A program made the position numbers and the translations under genes. The notes under the pieces are model-generated. The model was not told the DNA's origin and searched no databases. It worked only from the letters and a program-made list of their open reading frames with translations. Positions 48,667 through 56,220 of a stretch of 56,220 bases of DNA are shown piece by piece. Position 1 is the first letter of the stretch. Each line of letters opens with the position of its first letter. This DNA is from Oligoflexales bacterium (GTDB taxonomy: Bacteria; Bdellovibrionota_B; Oligoflexia; Oligoflexales; Bog-1112), in the NCBI GenBank assembly GCA_045105515.1, contig JBGCDR010000152.1, positions 1 to 56,220 on the forward strand, written 5' to 3'.

Positions 48667-49686
48667 TTAATTCCCAGGATTACTCTCCATGCTTTTTTCC
48701 ATATTTGGGCTAGATTCTTCTGGAACGTCTTCTATGATTCCCAAGTGCAATATGCGATCACCTGCTTGAGCAACCGGATTAATACTTTTACCAACAATGA
48801 TCCCTCCTTCAAGAGACTTATATTTATGAATTGTCTTACCAAAAAGGTCAGACTGCACTGCTATCAACTGATCTTTTTCCACATGGTCGGCTAACTTGGG
48901 GGCCACCTCTAAAAGCCCTCCCTTCTTGGTATGCATCCAGTATGAGCGGCTACAAATGACGGGACTTGCGTTTTCTGTAATTTCGAGATCCTTAAGAAAC
49001 TCTAAATAGCTAAGTATCTGCATAACACCATTGGTTGACGACTCTATTAGGCGTTCTTGAAAAATATGTGGATTTCCCACCTCAACGGTAATAGCTGGAA
49101 TATTGAGGGCAGACGCAGTATTTCTAAAAGTTCCATCATTTGAATTGTTATGAACAATAATCTGTGGATTCATCAAAAGGGACATCGCTCTTTGAAGCCG
49201 ACTAGTTAAATCTGCACGGACATAAAAGGTATTAATCCGACCAAAACTGGCTGTATGAAGATCAATAAGATAGTTGAATTTCTTGAGTAATTTTTCCCGA
49301 ATCTGATAGGCATATTGCTCCGCTGGCTTCCCTCGTTTTTTACCAGGCATGACTCGGTTTAGATCCCTACCATCATTAAACTCTCTTTGTCCTAAAAGAA
49401 ATCCAGGAATATTTAAAACTGGTACTCCAATGATCGTGCCATGCAACTGCGATGGTTTAATATGTTTAATGATTCTATGTATTACGCTCACACCATTCAA
49501 TTCATTACCGTGAATAGCTGCAGTAATTCCAATTGTTTTCCCTTCGTATTTTCCTTTGATAACAATAGCAGGAATAGAGATTAGATCTCCCACTCCATTA
49601 GCGATTGTTACGATACGTAAAAAGCTAATTTGATTCTTAGGCAAAGATTCCAGATCAATATTTTCACAACGAATCACGGTTCCCAT
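48667..49686 (-). CDS. Succinylglutamate desuccinylase/aspartoacylase (M14-like) peptidase
   Basis: AAIHGNELNG, RDLNR.MPG, IDLHTAS, ITVEVG; C-terminal biotinyl-like domain. Confidence 0.9.
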   Translation of the reverse strand: MGTVIRCENIDLESLPKNQISFLRIVTIANGVGDLISIPAIVIKGKYEGKTIGITAAIHGNELNGVSVIHRIIKHIKPSQLHGTIIGVPVLNIPGFLLGQREFNDGRDLNRVMPGKKRGKPAEQYAYQIREKLLKKFNYLIDLHTASFGRINTFYVRADLTSRLQRAMSLLMNPQIIVHNNSNDGTFRNTASALNIPAITVEVGNPHIFQERLIESSTNGVMQILSYLEFLKDLEITENASPVICSRSYWMHTKKGGLLEVAPKLADHVEKDQLIAVQSDLFGKTIHKYKSLEGGIIVGKSINPVAQAGDRILHLGIIEDVPEESSPNMEKSMESNPGN

Positions 49687-51121
49687 CTTCAATTTCCTTA
49701 AGGAGCTGCTTGTCATTATCAAACGATTTAAAAAGCTTAGTTTTTAATTCCCCTTTTTTATTGATAAGATTAATTGCCATCCGGTCAATAGCATTTACAG
49801 CTAACACCAACTGTACATACCCTTCAATTAACTCATCAAATGATAATCCGAGCATATTGAATTCTTTGTAGTCAGTAAGGATCAACCTTGAGCAATCAGA
49901 CTCCCAGTGATTATCTCCCTTTTTTATTGAAAGATTCGTGCCTAGAACAGCCCAAGAATCCAAAGCATCATCGAGGGTACGGGGAAGGGGTAAACGAGCT
50001 CTCCTTCCATATAAAGAAAGTGGTTTAAATCCTTCGTCACCATAACAACCCATCATTCTTAGATCAGCTGCGTAGATACGATTAGACTTATTTGGGACTG
50101 TCCCGACGTGATAAAATTTACCTTTTTGGGTATCTGAGCTCCAAGAGGAGTTACCGATCAAGCTTTGCACAATAAATTGTTCATATTTAAGGTCTTGGTC
50201 CATAAAAGCATCAAGCTCACCCTTATTGGTGATCGTGAAAACTCCATGTCCAGCGTTTGCATAAGGTACCTTGACAACAGCATGCCCACCAAAGCGTTTA
50301 AGCCAGAATGGTATCTCGTGGATTCCCACATCACAGATAGTCTCAGGAGTATGAATCTTAAGGCCTGTCCCTTCCAAGCTGGCATTAAAAAGTTCATATG
50401 CTTTTGCTGCAACAATCTTATTTCGACCACCTGCTAGGCAGCTGATAATGGGGTTTAGGATCTTAGTCTTAGTTTTAATAGGGATTCTATTCCAAGGTTT
50501 CTGGGTTACATAACGGAAAACCGCCTTAATGGGGATCCACTCTTGATTCCAGCAAACCTGATAAAAACCATGCTCTAGCTTAATATAGTCCTGCTCATCA
50601 TTATAAAAAGGAACGAGTAACACAGTCTCATTGGTTTCATCAGCAATACTTGCTGCATACCCTGAAGCCTCCATATAATTTTTATCATAGAAAACGGCAA
50701 TCTTTCCATCAGCCTTTCCACGAAGAAAAGGCAGGAAAGTCCTCTTGATGAGGTGCTTGTAACAGCCTTTTTCGTCTTCAAACGAAAACTGCGGCATTGA
50801 TTTTTGCCCAGATGGGCATGAATTAGTTTCCACAACGATCATATGCCTGTTGCCAGTAGGCGTTGCCACATGAAATAAGTCTACTCCAGCCCATTTAAAA
50901 TACTTTGGCTTATAAAAAATACAGTCTGAAAGCGCCTGTGAATCAACGTTTGGCTTCAAGTGACAATAACGATTTATGATTTGATCAGTCCGAAGACCAC
51001 GAAAGTAGGAAACCATGGGGTGCGGCTGAGCATTAACGACTTTTGTATAATAATGAGATTCTTGGTCAAAGGAGCCCGGATTAATGAGCTCTACCGATTT
51101 ATGCTCCATATTCTTTTCCAT
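49664..51121 (-). CDS. Circularly permuted ATP-grasp (peptide ligase)-like protein
   Basis: GVDLF...VVETNSCPSG early in the protein; later AVVKVPYANAGHGV, FIVQ, DLR. Start uncertain (51109/51121/51178). Confidence 0.65.
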   Translation of the reverse strand: MEKNMEHKSVELINPGSFDQESHYYTKVVNAQPHPMVSYFRGLRTDQIINRYCHLKPNVDSQALSDCIFYKPKYFKWAGVDLFHVATPTGNRHMIVVETNSCPSGQKSMPQFSFEDEKGCYKHLIKRTFLPFLRGKADGKIAVFYDKNYMEASGYAASIADETNETVLLVPFYNDEQDYIKLEHGFYQVCWNQEWIPIKAVFRYVTQKPWNRIPIKTKTKILNPIISCLAGGRNKIVAAKAYELFNASLEGTGLKIHTPETICDVGIHEIPFWLKRFGGHAVVKVPYANAGHGVFTITNKGELDAFMDQDLKYEQFIVQSLIGNSSWSSDTQKGKFYHVGTVPNKSNRIYAADLRMMGCYGDEGFKPLSLYGRRARLPLPRTLDDALDSWAVLGTNLSIKKGDNHWESDCSRLILTDYKEFNMLGLSFDELIEGYVQLVLAVNAIDRMAINLINKKGELKTKLFKSFDNDKQLLKEIEDGNRDSL

Positions 51122-51260
51122 TGTTTTAAAATTGTTTATGCGGCCCCATTGGAAAATCATCCAAGCGGTGATCTCCAATGCTCTAGCTCAATTGTTCATA
51201 ATAATTTATACAATAGTATCGTATGACACAAACGAAGGATCGTCACCTCTAGGCATAGAT

Positions 51261-52316
51261 TCAACTGGGCAATTGGACCCGCCTTCCACACCGCGAGTCA
51301 TACAAATGGAGGTTTTTTCTTTCACAGTAAAGCTTGAGGGAATCCCCCTCCTTTAAACTTGGCTGATATGGAATGCTGCAGGAAATGGTGTGCTGAAAGC
51401 GTGTTTTTAAGCGGATCAAAAGCTGTGAACCAAGAGACTCTAATTCCTCCACTTCCCCGTCACAAGCAAGGCTATCTTGGGATTGTCTTTCCAGAGAAAA
51501 ATGTTCAGGCCTAATACCTAAAGTCAGGTTAGTTTGATCCTCCCAATCTCTGGTCAAACTAGCAAGTGAACCGCTCAATTTACTAACTGCCAAAAAGTTC
51601 ATTTTATTGAAACCAAAGAATTCGGCAACAAAGCGATTAGCAGGCTGCTCAAAAATCTCCATAGGGCTTCCCACTTGCTGCACTGAACCGTGATCCATTA
51701 CCACAATTCTATCTGCTAAGGTCATTGCTTCTACCTGGTCATGGGTCACATAAATTGTGGTAATAGGCAGCTTCTGGTGGATCTTTTTTATCTCTTGGCG
51801 CATCTGCGTTCGCAAGGCCGCATCAAGGTTACTGAGTGGTTCATCAAATAAAAAAACTTCAGGGTTGCGAATCATTGCACGCCCCATTGCAACTCTCTGT
51901 TTTTGCCCTCCGGAAAGCTCCTTTGGTTTGCGTGCTAAAAGAGGTTCAATTTCTAGGAGACTAGCAATCTCTTTCACTCGCTTATCAATAAGTGTTTTAG
52001 CTACTTTTTTAATTTTCAGAGACAAACATATATTCTCTCTAACAGTCATGTGTGGATAAAGGGCATAATTTTGGAAAACCATTGCGATATTACGTTTCTG
52101 GGGAGCAAGCCCATTGACAACCCTACTTCCTAGGCGGATTAAACCATCAGACACTTCCTCCAGACCAGCAATCATCCTTAGCAATGTGGATTTACCACAT
52201 CCAGATGGGCCTACCACTACAACAAACTCTTTATCAAGGATAGATAGATTGAGGTCAGCGACAACAATATGCTCACCATAATGTTTTCTTACATGTTCGA
52301 ACGAGATTTTTGCCAT
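51261..52316 (-). CDS. Carbohydrate ABC transporter ATP-binding protein (MalK/UgpC family)
   Basis: [51 protein letters not shown]. Confidence 0.93.
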   Translation of the reverse strand: MAKISFEHVRKHYGEHIVVADLNLSILDKEFVVVVGPSGCGKSTLLRMIAGLEEVSDGLIRLGSRVVNGLAPQKRNIAMVFQNYALYPHMTVRENICLSLKIKKVAKTLIDKRVKEIASLLEIEPLLARKPKELSGGQKQRVAMGRAMIRNPEVFLFDEPLSNLDAALRTQMRQEIKKIHQKLPITTIYVTHDQVEAMTLADRIVVMDHGSVQQVGSPMEIFEQPANRFVAEFFGFNKMNFLAVSKLSGSLASLTRDWEDQTNLTLGIRPEHFSLERQSQDSLACDGEVEELESLGSQLLIRLKTRFQHTISCSIPYQPSLKEGDSLKLYCERKNLHLYDSRCGRRVQLPS

Positions 52317-52339
52317 ACTTCTATCCTAGTTTGTTTGTT

Positions 52340-53245
52340 TCAGGGTACCTCTTGTCCCTTTGCAGCACAATACACTTCGAACCATTCTTGGATTTCGAGC
52401 CGAACCTCACAACTTTGAACTAAGTTCTCTATTCTTTTTATACTACTCGTTCCTAAAATAGGAATAATTTTAGCTGGATGTGACTTAAGCCAAGCAATAA
52501 CCAGTTGATCAAAACCAAGGTCTTTCTTTTTGGCTAAGTTCATAAGAGTTTGATTGAGTGGAAGAGTTGCCCCAAGGTCAAACATCTGCCCTCCGGCAAA
52601 TGGAGACCAAGCTATAGGTTTAAGCTCATGCTTTTGACAATGATCTAAGGTACCATCATCGAATGAGTTCAGACAAAGGGGGCTAATCTCAACTTGGTTT
52701 GCCAATAATGGAAAATCAAGCCAGTGCTGCAAAGCATCAAACTGAGCAGGGGAAAAGTTTGATACTCCCACTGCTCGCACTTGCTCCTTACGAATCATCT
52801 GATTTAAAACCTTCGCTGACTCACGAAAATCCATAAAAGGATCAGGTCGATGTATTAAAAAAAGGTCAAGATAGTCAGTATGCAGTTTTTCTAGACTACT
52901 TCTGACGGACTTCTCGAGATGCTCAGGCCTGGTATCATAATGCTTAATATAGGTTCCCGGATTATTGTCTGAGATAAGTTGAATCCCAGCTTTAGAAATC
53001 AGCTGCACTTTGTCCCTTATGCTCTTTCTTTGCTTTAGAATTTCTCCAAAACTCATCTCACAACGATAATCACCGTAAATATCTGCAAGATCAAAAGAGC
53101 TAATTCCAAACTCAACACAGTAATCGAACACCTCGAAAATCTCATCTAGCTTGGGGGTGCCTCGATCCCAAATACGCCACGTGCCATAGATGATTTCTGA
53201 TAATTCTAGCCCTTCCTGTTTTAAGGGCTCTTTTTGTACCTTCAA
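52340..53245 (-). CDS. Aldo/keto reductase (YdhF-like)
   Basis: FD.ADIYG.Y, LIHRPDP, GVSNF, NQVEIS, AWSPFAGG. Confidence 0.9.
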   Translation of the reverse strand: MKVQKEPLKQEGLELSEIIYGTWRIWDRGTPKLDEIFEVFDYCVEFGISSFDLADIYGDYRCEMSFGEILKQRKSIRDKVQLISKAGIQLISDNNPGTYIKHYDTRPEHLEKSVRSSLEKLHTDYLDLFLIHRPDPFMDFRESAKVLNQMIRKEQVRAVGVSNFSPAQFDALQHWLDFPLLANQVEISPLCLNSFDDGTLDHCQKHELKPIAWSPFAGGQMFDLGATLPLNQTLMNLAKKKDLGFDQLVIAWLKSHPAKIIPILGTSSIKRIENLVQSCEVRLEIQEWFEVYCAAKGQEVP

Positions 53246-54402
53246 ATTCTTTTCCCCTCTGCTAGCGGTGTTGCAGGTGCTGAATCTGGAATCCTTCCCA
53301 ACTCCTGGGCTAAGGAAATGGTCTTCAAATGCGGGATGATATATTTACCCACCATTTCGCACTCTTCTTTATGAGGATAGGAAGAAAATATAAAAGCGCG
53401 AATCCCCATATCCTGATATTTTTTTAGTTTTGCAACGATCTGTTCGGGAGTTCCTACTAAAGCTGCTCCACAACCAGATCGAGCCTTCCCTACACCTGTC
53501 CAAAGCAAAGGTTCTGCATAACCATCAGAATCGGCTTGTTCTCGCAGATCGCTTTGCAGTGATACTCCTTTTGACTTAGCGTCCAGAGCTCTATTTCTAA
53601 TCTTTTCTCCGTGTTTAATATCAAGCTTAGATACCAAACTCTGAGCATACTCCTTTGCTTCTTTTTCTGTTTCCCGAACAATCATATGAACCCTAAGTCC
53701 GTAATCTAGTTTGCGATCAAATTCATTGAAAGCAAAGTGACCCAAGCTATGCATTTGGTTTAAAAGAACTTCTTCACGATCAGGCCACATAAGATAAACA
53801 TCACAATGCTCAGCGCATAATTTTAAGGCATGGTCTGAGTAACCACCAAAATAAAAAAGTGGTCCTCCACTCTGATAGGGTTTTACAGGGTCTGTATTAG
53901 CGATACTGCAGCTATAAAATTCTCCTTTGAATCCCACTCTTTCCTCTTGAAAGCCCTGCTTTAAAATTTCAATAGCCTCACGAGAGCGTTGGTATCTTTT
54001 CTCTGATGAAAGCTTTTCTCCAGGCATATCTGAAGAAATGATATTTATGGTCAATCTACCATTTAAAATATGGTCTAAGCTAGCTAGATACCTTCCTAAC
54101 ATGGGAGGATAAAATTCTCCACAACGGATGGCGATCAATAGATTTATCCTTGATGTCATTGGTGCAACAGCAGCTGCAAAGGCTAAGGGATCCTGTCCCA
54201 CTTGATAAGAAGAGGGGCATAATATGTTGCGAAATCCAAATTTTTCCGCTGTCAACAGTATGTCTTTAGTATGGTTAAAGGTACTTTTATATTGATCCTC
54301 AGGCACGCCTAGATAGCGATAATCATCATTACATATCGGTGCAAACCATGAAACTTCGGTTCCATCAAGGTGATTTGATCGAACAATTATATCTTGACTC
54401 AT
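53242..54402 (-). CDS. LLM-class (luciferase-like) flavin-dependent oxidoreductase
   Basis: AE..GF.N.L, LDHILNGRL.INII, YFGG.S, LVGTPEQI. Confidence 0.88.
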   Translation of the reverse strand: MSQDIIVRSNHLDGTEVSWFAPICNDDYRYLGVPEDQYKSTFNHTKDILLTAEKFGFRNILCPSSYQVGQDPLAFAAAVAPMTSRINLLIAIRCGEFYPPMLGRYLASLDHILNGRLTINIISSDMPGEKLSSEKRYQRSREAIEILKQGFQEERVGFKGEFYSCSIANTDPVKPYQSGGPLFYFGGYSDHALKLCAEHCDVYLMWPDREEVLLNQMHSLGHFAFNEFDRKLDYGLRVHMIVRETEKEAKEYAQSLVSKLDIKHGEKIRNRALDAKSKGVSLQSDLREQADSDGYAEPLLWTGVGKARSGCGAALVGTPEQIVAKLKKYQDMGIRAFIFSSYPHKEECEMVGKYIIPHLKTISLAQELGRIPDSAPATPLAEGKRI

Positions 54403-54544
54403 GTCATCTCCCTATCATGCAGGAGCGAATTTTTTAAATTTTTTTTAAACCTGGCATTTTTAATTAACATCGAATTGCGAGATTAGCAAGTATGGAACAG
54501 CTAGGCTTACTTTAATAATATTTTACGTGGAAATTATGTTTTAC

Positions 54545-56022
54545 TTATACTGCCACTTTTCGGTTAGCGGTAGCTTTTTTATCGGGAAGAGTGATTACAA
54601 AACAAGTATTTTCATAGCTATGATCCACAAAAATCTTACCATGATGGGCTTCGATTACTTTTTTAACGAAACTCAGCCCTAAGCCTGTTCCCTTGCCCTT
54701 TTCTTTAGTAGTAAAACTACGCTCAAAAATGCTAGATTCAAGATGCCTTGAAATTCCAGACCCACTATCGATGACCCTAATAACAAAATCTGAGGTTTTT
54801 TCTTGAAGACTTTTATACTAATCCAACGATCTTCTAAAGCTTCGATTGCATCACAAGAATTACTCAAAAGATTTACAAAGGCCATGACCAATTGATTTTC
54901 AACTCCATAAACAAACTCTGTGTCCGAACATTCATATATTATTCTACTAATCCCGGTTACTTTGGTTTTTTCGCTACACAGCTCAATTGCGTCTTCAAAG
55001 ATCTTTTTTAAGCTAATCTCCTCATGCTTAGGATCAGAAGTATGGTAGATTTCACCTAGATAATTATCTAGAATAGCCCCTATTCTTTTGGAACTCACAG
55101 AAATCTTATCAACTGATCGCAATATTTTCTCTTTAGGAAGGTCGGGGTTATCAATATGATGTAACATGAGTTGGTTGTGCCCTTCAATAACCGACAATGG
55201 GTTGCGAATGTCATGGCATATTTGCCCAACAGCAAACCCGGCCCTAGCCACTTGTGTCAAGTAGTTAACTTCATCTTCGAGTTTACCTACCTTCTTAGCA
55301 GCAGCATTTTGCATCTGAAAAGTCATACGCATAATTTCAACCACAAACGACAAACTCATCAATGGAAAAGTATTATAGAGCAAAAAAAGCATCCGGAACA
55401 CATCATGTAAACCAAGAATTAAGTTGAGGCCTACACCTAAAATGATCCATTTGTCTCGACTCGTTTGAAAAACATGATACAGCAAATGTAAGCTAAATAA
55501 GGCTCCAGATATGCCAATTATTCCGAATAAAGCATCACAAAATTGATTACCAACTCCATTATACTGGGCTATAAGACTCACATATGCTGAACGAGGAGAA
55601 GAACCATAATTATAGAGGATAGTATCACTATCTGAAAATATAGACTGCCAAAATGCTCCAAGACATATTAATGAAAATCCTATGAAGAGATATTCATAGT
55701 ACGCAAATATTCTAGGTGCCTTGGTATATTTACGTAAAGTGTTTAAATATATTGTATTGGTAAATACCCCCAAAAAAATTGCTGCATGAGAAAGTTCATA
55801 CATCAAATCTCTAAAAATTCCGAAATAGGCATAAATAATCGAAAATGAGTAACCAATAGAGCATACACACAAATACAATAGAGGTTTTGCGTAATCGAAG
55901 TCTGTTTTTCTGTTAATAAAAAAAGCAATAATGCCTTGGTAAGCCAACAAAAACATCACAATCAAATTTATAAAAATCCCAAGATATACGGGTGCATAAA
56001 ATTGAAAGTCAAATAAATTCAT
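54545..56022 (-). pseudogene. Multi-TM sensor histidine kinase with a 1-nt frameshift (or sequencing error)
   Basis: H-box ICHDIRNPL and N-box NLLSNSCDA are in the ORF frame. The G1/F/G2 boxes (VIDSGSGI, FTTKEKGKGTGLGL) continue in the -1 frame after the A6 run (54796-54801) to a stop at 54545-54547. Confidence 0.85.
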
Positions 56023-56220
56023 AATGTAATTCTTATCTTAACTATACGAATACCTAATACGTATCGCATAAATTTTCTTATAACTTGAATTCAATAAGAA
56101 AATGCAAAAATAATCTTGCCGTCCAGAATTCAAAACAAATTTGTGCTTGAAAAAAATATTTTCATCAAAATTCCCCTTCCTAAGATGTGTTTAAGAGCTA
56201 ATAAGAGAAAAATCTTAAGT

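Noticed and set aside
1..56220. CRISPR arrays, IS elements, rRNA, riboswitches
   Set aside because: No regularly spaced repeats, transposase motifs or recognisable structured-RNA signatures seen by manual reading; a covariance-model search would be needed to exclude riboswitches.

Overview
AT-rich bacterial chromosome segment. Gene content and style suggest a Bdellovibrionota/Oligoflexia-like organism (inference only). Bases 1-~5260 are the right end of a decayed genomic island at the 3' end of tRNA-Leu(CAA) (5263-5349). The island carries a frameshifted tyrosine integrase, a Dam-type methyltransferase remnant absent from the ORF track, an orphan Ntox24-like toxin tip with its immunity gene, a ricin-B lectin fragment, and an intact signal peptide-HINT-nuclease polymorphic toxin with a coupled immunity gene. 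On the other side of the tRNA is a compact three-gene Zorya-like locus (zorA, zorB, a short EH-signature zorC) with no room for ZorD/ZorE/ZorF/ZorG. The rest is mostly housekeeping and signalling (pgsA, nadB, mtnC, serB, metG, pdp, folD, dksA-like, response regulators). Several less usual units are embedded in it: tandem MBL hydrolases, a secreted LRR protein with an NEL-like CxD C-terminus, an MCP plus divergent flagellin operon, a six-gene J-domain/CesT-like/PspA/DUF4178 operon, and a circularly permuted ATP-grasp plus M14 peptidase pair. There is also a histidine kinase broken at a homopolymer and a set of sigma-28-like promoters in front of mostly non-flagellar genes. All family calls come from motif recognition by eye, not database searches.
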